Shown piece after piece: positions 8,623 to 19,012 of a stretch of 64,000 nucleotides of DNA (positions are counted from its first letter, which is position 1; each line of letters starts with the position of its first letter). The stretch lies in NCBI GenBank assembly GCA_041659045.1, contig JBAZZB010000001.1, positions 6,111-70,110 on the forward strand. The letters are read 5' to 3'. The notes beneath the pieces were generated by a model. That model saw only the letters and a list, made by a program, of their open reading frames with translations. It did no database searches and was not told the DNA's origin. The translations under genes were made by a program, and so were the position numbers. The stretch is from Patescibacteria group bacterium (GTDB taxonomy: Bacteria > Patescibacteriota > Patescibacteriia > SG8-24 > DYFX01).

Positions 8623-11190
8623 TTACGGTTTTACGACCAAGACGTCATCTTTGACGGTCAAACGCACGGTACCGCCCTTGTCGGAGTCGCCTGAAAGGAG
8701 GCGCTCGGCGATGAGATTCTCGACCAGCTCTTGAATCGTTTTGCGGACACCGCGGGCACCTTGAAGCGGAATGAAACTCTTCTCAGCAATAAGTTTCTCG
8801 CCTTTGGACGTGAGCGCCACCTTGATGTGATGCTCGGCTTCCAAGCGTCGGTTCAAGTCGTTGATGTGAAGCGTGACGATCTTCTGCAGGCTTTCGAGAT
8901 CGAGCGGACGGAAAAGGATAACCTTGTCGATGCGGTTGATGAATTCCGGCTTGAACTGGCGCTCAAGGTCTTGCAGCATCGAGCCCTTGGCTTCGTTGAA
9001 CTTGTCGCGCACCGATTCACTCTTGTTGGCGGACGAGTTGAAGCCGACGGACGCGGTGCGCAGATGCTGCGAACCGACGTTCGAGGTCATGATGATGATC
9101 GTGTTCTTGAAGTTGATCTTTTTGCCGGTGGCGTCCGTCAGGTGCCCGTCTTCGAAAATCTGGAGGAAAATGTTGAGCACGTCCGGATGCGCTTTTTCGA
9201 GTTCGTCGAAGAGGACGACCGAATACGGACGGCGCTTCACGGCATCGGCAAATTTGTTCGAGTCGCGGTAGCCGACGTAGCCGGCGGGGGAGCCGATGAG
9301 TTTCGAGATGTTGAAGCTCTCGGTGAACTCCGACATGTCGACACGGACGAACGCTTCCTTATCACGGAAGACGGTTTCGGCGATCGCTTTGGCGAGTTCT
9401 GTTTTACCGACGCCGGAAGGTCCCATGAAGAGGAACGAGGCGAGGGGACGGTTCGGGTTGGCGAGGCCGAGGCGCGCGCGGCGAATGCTTTCGGCGACGG
9501 CTTTGACGGCTTCGTCTTGTCCGATGACGCGTTCGCGCAGCTTGTCTTCAAGACCAGCGAGGTTACGCTTTTCTTCGAAAACAATTTCTTCGACCGGAAT
9601 GCCAGTCGAGCGAGCGAGAACTTTGGCGATATCGCCGGCTGTGACCTCCGTTGCCAAGGCATCAGCGCGACCCTTTTCAAGCGACTCCATTTTTTTCTGG
9701 AGCGCTTTCTCGTGCTCTTTGAGCGTGAGCGCTTCGTCGAAGTTGTCGCTGACAACGGCTTGCTGCTTCTTGGTGCGCACTTCGCTGAGCTTGCTTTCGA
9801 CATCGCGCGCTTCGCGGAGTTCCGGATTCTGTCCTTCGTTGACGCGCAGCATGGCCGCCGCTTCGTCGATCAGGTCGATCGCTTTGTCGGGGAGGAAGCG
9901 GTCTTGGATATAGCGCACGGACATCTGCACGGCGGATTCAATGGCGGCGTCAGAGATCTTCACGTTGTGGAAGTTCTCAAACGACTCGCGCAAGCCGCGT
10001 AAAATATCGGCCGCCTGTTCCGGCGTCGGTTCTGCAACTTGGATCGCTTGGAAGCGGCGTTCGAGCGCGCCGTCGGCTTCGATGTGCTTCTTGTATTCGG
10101 CAAGCGTGGTGGCACCGATGCAGCGAATTTCGCCACGTGCGAGCGCGGGCTTCAGGATGTTGGCAGCATCGATCGAACCAGAAGCGGCGCCCGCGCCCAT
10201 GATCATGTGAAGCTCGTCGATGAACAGGATGATTTCTGGGTGGCTCTTCACTTCGTCGATGATCTGCTTGAGGCGCGACTCGAACTCGCCGCGATAAATC
10301 GTGCCGGCGATGATGAGTCCCAGGTCGATCGAGATGATGCGCTTACCTTCGAGCGCTGGCGGTACTTCGCTGCCCGCGATTTTTTTGGCGAGTCCTTCAA
10401 CGATGGCGGTTTTGCCGACACCAGGCTCGCCGAGGAGAACCGGGTTGTTCTTGGTTTTGCGGCAAAGCACCTGCGTCATGCGTTCGACTTCGCGCTCGCG
10501 ACCGATGACGGTTTCGAATTTTTCAACAAGCTTCTTGCTCGTCATGTCGACGCCGAAGAAATCGAGCGCCGGTGTCTTGGCCGTTTTTGCGGCGGCTGCG
10601 GCGGTCGCGGCGGCGTTCTTGGTGGGGGAGCCGGCCGTGGCTTTCGCTTTGGAACCGTCCTTCTTGCCTTCGCCCTTCGCTTTGCTGTCGAAGGTTTCTG
10701 TCATGTCGGGGAACTTCGATGTCGACTTGAGCACGCTCGCAATTTGGTCTTTGACCATCTTGAGCGGAATGCCGCGCGATTCAAAATACGGTTCAACATC
10801 ATCGCCCGCGACCTGGAGGATCGCTGAGAGCAAGTGTTCGGTGCCGACGTATTTGTGTTCGTGCAAATTGGCGGTCAGAACCGCCTTCTCAATCGTGCGC
10901 TTGGCTTCACCAGAAAGTTTCGGCGATGATTCCGACGCGGCAGCATCCATCTTCGTCGCTTTGCCGGGAAGAGCACCCGCGACGTCACCGACGAAACGCT
11001 TGATGTCTTCCGACGACGCGCCAAGCTTGGCGAGTACTTCCGAAGCGATCGAGCCTTTCTGCGCGGCGAGCGCGTACATCAAATGCGACGGCTCGATCGA
11101 CGACTGGCGAAGTTCTTGCGCCAAAGCGTAGGCGCGAACCAGCGCGTTCTTGAGATGAGTTGAGAACTTGTCGAGAATTTCCGCGTTCAT
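8623..11190 (-). CDS. clpC: Clp/Hsp100 AAA+ chaperone (ClpC/ClpB family, short middle domain)
   Basis: Clp_N repeats, two AAA modules (GEPGVGKT; GPSGVGKT), short M-domain of about 65 aa (ClpC-like), Ala-rich low-complexity insert after N-domain. Confidence 0.92.
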   Translation of the reverse strand: MNAEILDKFSTHLKNALVRAYALAQELRQSSIEPSHLMYALAAQKGSIASEVLAKLGASSEDIKRFVGDVAGALPGKATKMDAAASESSPKLSGEAKRTIEKAVLTANLHEHKYVGTEHLLSAILQVAGDDVEPYFESRGIPLKMVKDQIASVLKSTSKFPDMTETFDSKAKGEGKKDGSKAKATAGSPTKNAAATAAAAAKTAKTPALDFFGVDMTSKKLVEKFETVIGREREVERMTQVLCRKTKNNPVLLGEPGVGKTAIVEGLAKKIAGSEVPPALEGKRIISIDLGLIIAGTIYRGEFESRLKQIIDEVKSHPEIILFIDELHMIMGAGAASGSIDAANILKPALARGEIRCIGATTLAEYKKHIEADGALERRFQAIQVAEPTPEQAADILRGLRESFENFHNVKISDAAIESAVQMSVRYIQDRFLPDKAIDLIDEAAAMLRVNEGQNPELREARDVESKLSEVRTKKQQAVVSDNFDEALTLKEHEKALQKKMESLEKGRADALATEVTAGDIAKVLARSTGIPVEEIVFEEKRNLAGLEDKLRERVIGQDEAVKAVAESIRRARLGLANPNRPLASFLFMGPSGVGKTELAKAIAETVFRDKEAFVRVDMSEFTESFNISKLIGSPAGYVGYRDSNKFADAVKRRPYSVVLFDELEKAHPDVLNIFLQIFEDGHLTDATGKKINFKNTIIIMTSNVGSQHLRTASVGFNSSANKSESVRDKFNEAKGSMLQDLERQFKPEFINRIDKVILFRPLDLESLQKIVTLHINDLNRRLEAEHHIKVALTSKGEKLIAEKSFIPLQGARGVRKTIQELVENLIAERLLSGDSDKGGTVRLTVKDDVLVVKP

Positions 11191-11205
11191 AGGCTTGTCG
11201 TTGAG

Positions 11206-12090
11206 TTAAGCGTTGGTTCCCATTTGTCGCAGGGCTTCGATCCGTTTTTCAACGGGTGGATGTGTGGAGAGGAGCCCCGCCATGAATCCTTTTGATCCGA
11301 ACGGGTTTGCAATGTAGAGGTGCGCGGTGGCGGAGCCTGCGTGCTTCAGCTGTCCTTCGTAGCTCGAGATCTTTTCGAGCGCGCGCGCCAGACCTTCGGG
11401 GTAGCGGGTAAGGAGTGACCCCGAGGCATCGGCCAGAAATTCTCTTCGACGCGAGATGGCGAGCTTCACCAGGTTGGCGACGAGCGGAGCCAGGATAATG
11501 GCGACCAATCCGATGATGAGGATGATTCCTCCTCCACGCTTGCGATCGCCTCCGCCGCCGTGCAGGCTGATGCGGAAGAAGAGATCCGACATGAGCGCGA
11601 CGACGCCGACCAGGACAACAACGATGGTCATGACGCGGATGTCGTAGTTTTTGATGTGCGAGAGTTCGTGCGCGGCGACGCCTTCCAGCTCTGTTCGGTC
11701 CAGGCGCGCGAGGAGTCCTGTTGTGAAAGCGACAGAAGCGGTTTCAGGCGTACGGCCTGTTGCGAAGGCGTTCGGCGCCGGGTCGTCGATGAGATGGATC
11801 TTCGGCAACGGTTGGCCGTTTGCGATACAGAGATTCTCGATGACTCTCCACAGTTCTGGTGCGTCTTCTTTTTTGATTTCTTTAGCTCCAGAAGCCATCA
11901 AAGCCATTTTGTCCCCGGCAAAGTAGGCGACCAGCGCCGTCACGACGGCGTAGATGAGTACAACAACCAAAAGACTACCGTCAGCACCGTAATAACTGTC
12001 GATCAACCAGCCCAAACCGAGAACCAACACCATGAACAACGAGATCAATAAAACGCTCTTTCTTTTGTTGGAGGTGATCTGTGAATACAT
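11206..12090 (-). CDS. htpX: zinc metalloprotease HtpX
   Basis: TM helices flanking HELSH (HEXXH) zinc motif, typical HtpX architecture. Confidence 0.9.
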   Translation of the reverse strand: MYSQITSNKRKSVLLISLFMVLVLGLGWLIDSYYGADGSLLVVVLIYAVVTALVAYFAGDKMALMASGAKEIKKEDAPELWRVIENLCIANGQPLPKIHLIDDPAPNAFATGRTPETASVAFTTGLLARLDRTELEGVAAHELSHIKNYDIRVMTIVVVLVGVVALMSDLFFRISLHGGGGDRKRGGGIILIIGLVAIILAPLVANLVKLAISRRREFLADASGSLLTRYPEGLARALEKISSYEGQLKHAGSATAHLYIANPFGSKGFMAGLLSTHPPVEKRIEALRQMGTNA

Positions 12091-12216
12091 AGCCTTATTT
12101 TACCCTTTCTATAAGGAAGGGACAAACGAAGTTCTGCTGTACATCAGCGGCTTTCTTTACTGGAAGTCCTGCACGGTTAGGTCTATACTCCGTTCGGATC
12201 ATTTTTAGGGGGTTTT

Positions 12217-13008
12217 ATGATCGGTTCACGTTGTTTTTCGGTCGTTATCGCCTTCATGGCCCTGCACCTCGATCTCTCCAGTGTTTGGGCAGAGGCGTGT
12301 CCACCCAAGCCCGTCGTTGAAGAGGGCGGCACACATCGTTGCTATGCCGATGGAAGACGCGGACACGTACACCTCTGGACACCCAAGGAGTTTGAGCCGA
12401 AGTCGGCCGTGACCGTCATCTACGTGCACGGACACAACTTGCATGATGACGGCTGTGCGAATGCGCACTATCTCGATTGCGCGTGGGACGCCCACGGTCT
12501 CGCCTCGCAGTTCGCGAAGAGCGGACTCAACGCGCTCTTCGTCGCTGTCGAAGGTCCGGTGCGCGCTGGTCGTGACGTGAAGTGGACGTCGCTCGGTGTT
12601 CTGCTGCGCTCTGTGCGTCGCCGGGGCGGCATCGTTCCGCCGACTCCGGTCGTGGCCGTCGCGCACAGCGCCGGCATCTACACGGTCATGCGTTTCTTGG
12701 GCGACAGTCGTTTGCGTCACGTTGTTTCGCTCGACGCGCTGTATCTGCGTTCTCCGAAGGTGCTCGCGAAGTGGTACCGCGGTTCCAAACGTCGGCGTCT
12801 CACGCTTGTCGGCGCCGAATCGCGGTACGCGCGAACGTCCGCTCTTGGTCGAAAGCTCTCCTGCGCAAGCAAGACGGATGTCTTCGGTCCATACTCCAAC
12901 GCGCGGTGCGTTGTGGCCGTCGATCCTGACATCGGACACATGGATCTCATCCGCGACGGACGCGTCCTGCCAGGTGTTCTCGCTCGCATCAACACGGCTT
13001 CTCGATAA
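12217..13008 (+). CDS. secreted alpha/beta-hydrolase-like protein
   Basis: signal peptide (ending SSVWAEA), candidate nucleophile elbow VAVAHSAGIY (A-H-S-A-G), VIYVHGHN oxyanion-region-like; GC noticeably higher than neighbours. Confidence 0.5.
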   Translation: MIGSRCFSVVIAFMALHLDLSSVWAEACPPKPVVEEGGTHRCYADGRRGHVHLWTPKEFEPKSAVTVIYVHGHNLHDDGCANAHYLDCAWDAHGLASQFAKSGLNALFVAVEGPVRAGRDVKWTSLGVLLRSVRRRGGIVPPTPVVAVAHSAGIYTVMRFLGDSRLRHVVSLDALYLRSPKVLAKWYRGSKRRRLTLVGAESRYARTSALGRKLSCASKTDVFGPYSNARCVVAVDPDIGHMDLIRDGRVLPGVLARINTASR

Positions 13009-13016
13009 AACACAAA

Positions 13017-13045
13017 CCGACCCTCTCGGGTCGGCTTTTCTTTTC
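13017..13045. terminator. bidirectional intrinsic terminator
   Basis: accgaccctctcgggtcgg hairpin followed by cttttcttttcc; sits between convergent genes. Confidence 0.6.
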
Positions 13046-13600
13046 CTAGAACTTCACTTCGACGTTCTGTTGGGCAGCGTCGTTGTCCGGAAGATCGAAG
13101 AATTCGCGCTTCTTGAAGCCAAGCGAGTTGGCGACCAAATTGTTCGGGAAGACCTGCATCTTGATGTTCAGGTCGCGGGCGTTGGCGTTGTAGAAGCGGC
13201 GGGAGGCCTGGATCTTGTCTTCCGCGTCGCGCAGCTCGTGCTGCAAGTCGAGGAAGTTCTGGTTGGCCTTGAGATCCGGATAGGCTTCGGAAACCGCGAA
13301 GAGGGACTTCAAGGTCTGCGAGAGCATGTTCTCGGCTTGAGCGTGCGCACCCGGCGTCTGGGCACCCATAGCGGCGGCGCGAGCTTTTGTTACGTTTTCG
13401 AAAGCGGAGGATTCGTGCGTTGCGTAACCTTTGACGGTGTTGACGAGGTTCGGGATGAGGTCGTAGCGGCGCTTGAGCTGGACTTCGATGTCCGACCAGG
13501 CTTCTTCCGTACGGACGTTCAGCGTGACCAACCCGTTATAGATCGACCAGAGCCACAAGACGACCACGACCACGACGCCCAAAACGATATACAGTGCCAT
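13046..13600 (-). CDS. lemA: LemA family protein
   Basis: N-terminal TM then conserved LemA core (RRYDLIPNLV...VFPNNLVA...). Confidence 0.85.
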   Translation of the reverse strand: MALYIVLGVVVVVVLWLWSIYNGLVTLNVRTEEAWSDIEVQLKRRYDLIPNLVNTVKGYATHESSAFENVTKARAAAMGAQTPGAHAQAENMLSQTLKSLFAVSEAYPDLKANQNFLDLQHELRDAEDKIQASRRFYNANARDLNIKMQVFPNNLVANSLGFKKREFFDLPDNDAAQQNVEVKF

Positions 13601-13640
13601 AGTGGCAATTTTTGGATTGCGAAGTTAAGATACCACCAGT

Positions 13641-14987
13641 ATGGACTATAACCCCTCGATTTTCAAGGCGTACGACATCCGCGGACTGGTCGGCAAGGAT
13701 TTTGATAACGAATTCTGTGAAGCGCTCGGACGCGCCTTCGTGGTGCACACCGGCGCCAAGGTCGTCGTGGCCGGACGCGACATGCGCGGCAGCTCGCCGG
13801 GATATTTCGCGGCGCTGACACGCGGCATCATGATGCAAGGTGCGGACGTGGTTGATATCGGCATGGTTTCGACGCCGATGTTTTATTACGCCGCCGCCGA
13901 ATACGATTTGCACGACGCCGGCATCATGGTGACGGCCTCGCACAATCCGTCCGAGTACAACGGTTTTAAAATGGTCCACGGCGATGCCATGCCAATCGGC
14001 AAGGGGAGCGGCATGGAGGAACTCAAAGCACTCGTCGAGAAAAACGAATTTCCGGATGCGCCGGAAGGTACATTGATAGAAACGGACATCACCGAAGAAT
14101 ATCTCGATCGTCTGTTTGAACTCGTTCCGTCGGAGTCGATCAAGAAGCTCACTGTCGCGGTCGACGCCGGCAATGGCATGGGCGGCGTCATCTTGCCGGA
14201 AATTTTCAAGCGCCTCGACGTGAAAGTACATCCTCTTTTTTGGGAGCCGGATGGCACCTTTCCGAACCACGAGGCGAATCCGCTCAAGACGGAAACGTTG
14301 AAAGATCTTCAGGCAAAGATTCGAGAAACGCGTTCTGACGTCGGTATCGCGCTCGACGGTGACGCGGATCGCATCGGACTCGTTGATGAGAAAGGTGCTG
14401 TTGTTTCGGCTTCCGAAATCATTGCTATGTTGGCGCATGTGCTTTTGCCTGGGCATACGGGGGAGACAGCCACTTATAACGTGAGTTGCGGACGCGTTGC
14501 ACCCGAAGAAATCAAGGCATCCGGCGGCGTGCCGCTCATGACGCCGACGGGCCACGCGCTTATCAAGCACATCATTCGGGAACACGATGCTGTCTTCGGT
14601 GGCGAGCTTTCCGGCCACTTCTATTTTCGCGACTTTGGCGGCGTCGAGAATACCGACTACGCCATGCTCCTCGTGCTACAACTCTTGTCGCGCCAAGAAA
14701 AAACGCTCTCCGAACTCGTCGCACCGTTCCGCCGCTACGTCCATTCGGGTGAAATCAACTTCAAAGTGAGCGACGCGCAGGCGAAAATGGCGGCCATTCG
14801 CGAGCGGCTTGAGGCGGAAGCGGCGACCGTCACCGAGATCGATGGTTTACGCTTTGACTTCTCTGATTGGTGGTGTAGTATTCGCGCGTCAAATACTGAA
14901 CCATTGCTCCGACTGAACGTCGAGGCGTCATCAGCAGATTTGATGGAACGTAAAAAACAAGAACTCGTCTCGCTCATCACCGCTTGA
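13641..14987 (+). CDS. phosphoglucomutase/phosphomannomutase
   Basis: alpha-D-phosphohexomutase active-site TASHNP, Mg loop DGDADR, sugar-binding GEE/GGELSGH region. Confidence 0.9.
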   Translation: MDYNPSIFKAYDIRGLVGKDFDNEFCEALGRAFVVHTGAKVVVAGRDMRGSSPGYFAALTRGIMMQGADVVDIGMVSTPMFYYAAAEYDLHDAGIMVTASHNPSEYNGFKMVHGDAMPIGKGSGMEELKALVEKNEFPDAPEGTLIETDITEEYLDRLFELVPSESIKKLTVAVDAGNGMGGVILPEIFKRLDVKVHPLFWEPDGTFPNHEANPLKTETLKDLQAKIRETRSDVGIALDGDADRIGLVDEKGAVVSASEIIAMLAHVLLPGHTGETATYNVSCGRVAPEEIKASGGVPLMTPTGHALIKHIIREHDAVFGGELSGHFYFRDFGGVENTDYAMLLVLQLLSRQEKTLSELVAPFRRYVHSGEINFKVSDAQAKMAAIRERLEAEAATVTEIDGLRFDFSDWWCSIRASNTEPLLRLNVEASSADLMERKKQELVSLITA

Positions 14988-15001
14988 AGGAGGTAAGGCC
15001 C

Positions 15002-15709
15002 TTGCGCCGAACCATGTACCCTTGCATCGAGGCTGTGTTTTCGGATCTCGACGGCACGTTGGTCGATTCCGAAGAGCCACTCCGCAATTCCTGGGTGGAA
15101 GTGATCGCCGAATGCGGCCATGACTTCTCGAGGTTCAACTACCTCGACATCATCGGCGCGCCGGAGAGCGAAAAAGTCGGGATCGTCCTGGCGTTCTTCG
15201 GGATCAAGGAGGACTCGCAGGAGTTCTACCGTCGCCTCATCGCGAAAATGCGAGAACGATTGCCGCGCGAGATGAAGCTCATGCCTGGTGCCGAGCGCTT
15301 CCTCGAAGCGTGTGTCGGAACCGGTGCACCACGAGGGCTCATCACGTCGGCAACCCAATGGCACGCGGATCTCGCGCTCGACCTGTTCAATCTTCGGAGG
15401 TTCTTCCATCCGAAGTGCATCATCACCGCCGAAACGCCAGGACTCGAAGCGCGCAAGCCGAGCCCGGCGCCGTACGTGATGGGTGCGCAGCGTCTTCGCG
15501 TGAAGCCCAGTCGCTGCGTCGTTTTCGAGGATTCTCCGCATGGTGTTCAAGCCGGTGTTTCCGCTGGCATGAGTGTCGTCGCGATTCCTCACGCGCTTTC
15601 GCCGCGTTCGGTGCTCGAGGCCATCAATCGGAGCGTCTATGTGCTGCCTGAGGGGCAGAACATCGGCGATTTCGAGTTCGACCATATCGAGCATTTGCTC
15701 CCGCAATAA
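15002..15709 (+). CDS. HAD-superfamily hydrolase (beta-phosphoglucomutase-like)
   Basis: DxDGTL motif (FSDLDGTLVDSE), downstream of pgm with GGAGG 8 nt before TTG at 15002 (ATG at 15014 alternative). Confidence 0.75.
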   Translation: MRRTMYPCIEAVFSDLDGTLVDSEEPLRNSWVEVIAECGHDFSRFNYLDIIGAPESEKVGIVLAFFGIKEDSQEFYRRLIAKMRERLPREMKLMPGAERFLEACVGTGAPRGLITSATQWHADLALDLFNLRRFFHPKCIITAETPGLEARKPSPAPYVMGAQRLRVKPSRCVVFEDSPHGVQAGVSAGMSVVAIPHALSPRSVLEAINRSVYVLPEGQNIGDFEFDHIEHLLPQ

Positions 15710-15885
15710 TCTGCCGTGCGGCAGACGCGGGAGCCTTTTCTTTTCAACAAAAATCGTCACGTCACCTTGTTGACAATTGGCCGATTTTCGGCTACGGTGC
15801 GCGGTTCCTCCGATGTCCGTTCGGGCGGGGGAATATTCATCGTCTTTGACAAAAAACCCACCCGAACGGAACACAGGAGCAACCG

Positions 15886-18800
15886 ATGCGAGAAGAGATG
15901 CTTCCGATCCTTGCGAGACGCAAGGAGATCGTGAATGCGATCCGCGAACATCAGGTCGTCGTGCTGGCCGCCGAAACCGGCGCCGGAAAGACGACGTGGG
16001 TGCCGCGCTTTCTCCACGAAGAACGTTTCAGCCGAGGAGGTTTGATCGGCGTCACGCAGCCTCGCAGGGTCGCGGCCATGAGTGTCGCGGCCTACGTGTC
16101 CGAGCAGATGCAGTGTGAACTTGGCACGTTGGTCGGCTACCAGATCCGCCACGAGTATGTCTGTGAAGCCGATCGTACGGCCATCAAGTTCATGACCGAC
16201 GGCATCCTGCTGCGCGAGCTGCAGGCTGATCCGCTGATCGAGAAGTACGACGTGCTTGTACTCGACGAGATGCACGAGCGCAACTTGCACCAGGATTTCA
16301 TTCTGGCTCTCGTGAAGCGCGCACTGCCTCGGCGCCCCGACCTCAAGGTTGTGGTCATGTCGGCGACGATCAACGAGAAGGTGTTTGCCGACTACTTCGG
16401 CGCGAAAGTCGTTCGGATCGAAGGTCGGCAGTATCCGGTCGAGGTCGAATACCTCGATGGTATGCCGTACGACCCGATCGAAGCGGCTGTCACGTCCGTT
16501 ACCTCTGCGCTCACGCGCACGAGCGGCGACGTGCTGGTCTTCGCACCCGATCTCGCGTCGATCGACAAGATCATGCGCTGCCTCGGCGACCAAGCGCTCG
16601 GAGTCGAGATCCACGCGCTCTACGGCGATCAGTCGCCAGAAGAGCAGCGTCGCGTCTTCCGTCCCGGAGGACGCCGCGTCATCGTGGCGACCAACATCGC
16701 CGAGACGTCGATCACACTGGGTGGCGTCACGGCCGTCGTCGACACGGGGCTCATCAAGCAGATGGCCTACCTGCCGCATGTCGCGATGTCGTCGCTTCAA
16801 GCGGTCGAACACTCGCGCGCCGGATGCGATCAGCGCACCGGTCGAGCTGGACGCACCGCGCCCGGCTTGTGCCTGCGCCTCTACACACGCGAGAATTACG
16901 AGTCGCGCGAAGCCTTCACCTCGCCGGAGATCCTGCGTTCGAGCATCGAACAGGTGATCTTGCAGATGAAGGCGATGGAGATGGACGACGCGACGATCGA
17001 CAACTTCGACTTCCTCGACGCACCGTCGAAAGAAGCCTTTGTTGCCGCGCGAGCGACGCTTCACTCGATCGGCGCCATCGACGACGAGGGTCACCTCACC
17101 GACGATGGACACTTCATGACCAAGATTCCCTTGCCGCCGATCGTCACGCGCATGATCTTGAGCGCCCGCACGCACGGATGCGTCGAAGCCGTCGTCACGA
17201 TCGCCGCGAGCTTCTCGACGCGCAGTATCTTCGTCCGCCCGCAAGACAAGCAGGCGGAAGCGGATGCGGCACGCGCACAGTTTCGCGACCCGACTTCCGA
17301 CTTCCTGACGGTGCTGAACGCCGTCGAGGCGTATCGGAACTCCAAGGAGCAGCGCGCGTTTGCCTTCAAGAACTTCTTGCACGCACGCGCGATCGAAGAC
17401 ATTCTCGCGACGGAGGATCAAATCTGCGGCTTGCTCAGGAAATTCGGAATCGATATTTCCGAGGGTCGCGATCGCCTCAGTATCAGCAAGTCTGTTGCGT
17501 CAGGGTTGGTGTCGCGCCTGCTCGTGCATAACGGCGGCATGGCACACAGCTACCAGAACGCATCGCACGATGAGATCTTCATCCACCCCGGTTCGAGCCT
17601 GTTCAAGCAGGATCCTCCGTACCTGGTGGCTGTGGAAATCGTCGAGACGACGAAGGTGTACGCCCGCATGCTGCAGGCGGTCACCCAGCCGATGCTGCGC
17701 GAACTGATTCCTGCGCGCGAGCTCACGAAGACTCCGCTGCGTCACTACGTGCGGTTCCACGGAGATGATCCTGTGGTCTGCTGCGAAGTCGGCGTCTCAT
17801 GGGGTCAAATCAGGCTCGGTATCGAACACGTCGAGAACATTCGCGGGTATGAAGTTTTCGGCATTCTTGTGAAAGAGATTGTCGAGACGCACGTTGGCCG
17901 CGGATGGGGCTGGTACAGCGGCCTCCCAGGGATACACTCCTCGGGGAGCTGGCACGACCACGTCAACGAGAACATCGAAGACATCCGCAGCTTCAACAAG
18001 CGTTTCCGCTCGTTCGTTTCGCCATCCGTGGCGGTTCTGACGCGGTTCTACTGCGAACGCTTGGACGGCATCACGGCGATCGAGGAAGCGCTCACGCGCG
18101 ATCTGAAGATGGACTTGGTGTCCATGCTGGACGAATCCGACAAGGAGGCGTATCTCAATCCGCCAACGTTCGCCTTTTCACCCGCCCCCGAAACCGTTTC
18201 CAGCGACATGTTCGTCCGCACGGAGACGCCTCGTCGGGAAAGGGTACTTGGTGAAACGGAACGGCTGGGAACGCTGGCGTATGAGGCTCTCAAGCGAGAA
18301 GTCGGAACGTGTCCGCTCTGCGGCCGCGAACTGACGGACGTGTGCTACGGTCCGCACGATCGTCGACGCCTGCTCTTCACGGAGCCGACCTGCGTCTATC
18401 TGTCGCTCGCGACCGATGTTGGTCAGGAGATCGCTCGCATCGTTGTTCACAAAAATAACGGCCGCGTCGAACTTCAGAAGAACAAGCGTCTCCTCAACTG
18501 GCACAATTGGTTGGGTAAGCACTTCACGTCCATCGATCCGAAGCGCCGCGCGGACGACATCATTCCGGTGACGGTGCAGGATCTCGAAGGGTTCCTTACG
18601 GCGTTCGAAGAGTTGAAGCGTTGGCGTGCCGAGGCGGAGAGATTGAAGGCTGAGGCCGCGGCGCTCAGCAAGGAGATTGCGCGAGGACACGTGGCACGAG
18701 TCACGTTCGAATCCGCTGGTGGAGGACGTCCCGTCGCGCAGCATCGCGGCATGACGTACATTCCTCCCAATATCCTGCCGTATCCGGAGGTAGGCGAGAC

Positions 18801-18954
18801 GTGGTTCTGCCGACTCACGACGCCCACGCAAAGCAGGCCGACGGCTGCGCTGCTCTGCAAGGACATGCCGTCGGCGACGGAAGAAGAAGCTCTCGTTGCG
18901 GAAATGATCGAAGAGATCCGCCGCACGCACGGCTTCGTTCCGTCGAAATTCTGA
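15886..18954 (+). CDS. DEAH-box ATP-dependent RNA helicase (HrpA/HrpB-like) with about 300-aa non-canonical C-terminal extension
   Basis: GAGKTT Walker A, DEMHER (DEAH), SATI, HA2/OB-like region; C-terminal part contains CPLCGRE...C...C cluster and coiled coil. Confidence 0.85.
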   Translation: MREEMLPILARRKEIVNAIREHQVVVLAAETGAGKTTWVPRFLHEERFSRGGLIGVTQPRRVAAMSVAAYVSEQMQCELGTLVGYQIRHEYVCEADRTAIKFMTDGILLRELQADPLIEKYDVLVLDEMHERNLHQDFILALVKRALPRRPDLKVVVMSATINEKVFADYFGAKVVRIEGRQYPVEVEYLDGMPYDPIEAAVTSVTSALTRTSGDVLVFAPDLASIDKIMRCLGDQALGVEIHALYGDQSPEEQRRVFRPGGRRVIVATNIAETSITLGGVTAVVDTGLIKQMAYLPHVAMSSLQAVEHSRAGCDQRTGRAGRTAPGLCLRLYTRENYESREAFTSPEILRSSIEQVILQMKAMEMDDATIDNFDFLDAPSKEAFVAARATLHSIGAIDDEGHLTDDGHFMTKIPLPPIVTRMILSARTHGCVEAVVTIAASFSTRSIFVRPQDKQAEADAARAQFRDPTSDFLTVLNAVEAYRNSKEQRAFAFKNFLHARAIEDILATEDQICGLLRKFGIDISEGRDRLSISKSVASGLVSRLLVHNGGMAHSYQNASHDEIFIHPGSSLFKQDPPYLVAVEIVETTKVYARMLQAVTQPMLRELIPARELTKTPLRHYVRFHGDDPVVCCEVGVSWGQIRLGIEHVENIRGYEVFGILVKEIVETHVGRGWGWYSGLPGIHSSGSWHDHVNENIEDIRSFNKRFRSFVSPSVAVLTRFYCERLDGITAIEEALTRDLKMDLVSMLDESDKEAYLNPPTFAFSPAPETVSSDMFVRTETPRRERVLGETERLGTLAYEALKREVGTCPLCGRELTDVCYGPHDRRRLLFTEPTCVYLSLATDVGQEIARIVVHKNNGRVELQKNKRLLNWHNWLGKHFTSIDPKRRADDIIPVTVQDLEGFLTAFEELKRWRAEAERLKAEAAALSKEIARGHVARVTFESAGGGRPVAQHRGMTYIPPNILPYPEVGETWFCRLTTPTQSRPTAALLCKDMPSATEEEALVAEMIEEIRRTHGFVPSKF

Positions 18955-18955
18955 C

Positions 18956-18989
18956 GCCCGCATCAATCGATGCGGGCTTTTTCTTTTTC
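18956..18989 (+). terminator. intrinsic terminator after helicase gene
   Basis: gcccgcatcaatcgatgcgggc hairpin + tttttctttttc. Confidence 0.7.
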
Positions 18990-19012
18990 GGAGGCGCAGG
19001 TAGGATCAACAC

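Noticed and set aside
8731-10002. 423-aa plus-strand ORF (and others at 9296-11131)
   Set aside because: Antisense to the Clp ATPase gene.
12596-13651. 351-aa plus-strand ORF spanning hydrolase 3' end and lemA
   Set aside because: Out-of-frame/antisense overlap with two well-supported genes.
13536-14618. 360-aa minus-strand ORF
   Set aside because: Antisense to phosphoglucomutase gene.
15757-17421. 554-aa minus-strand ORF
   Set aside because: Entirely antisense to the DEAH helicase gene; Arg/His/Asp-rich composition typical of antisense frames in high-GC DNA; no motifs.
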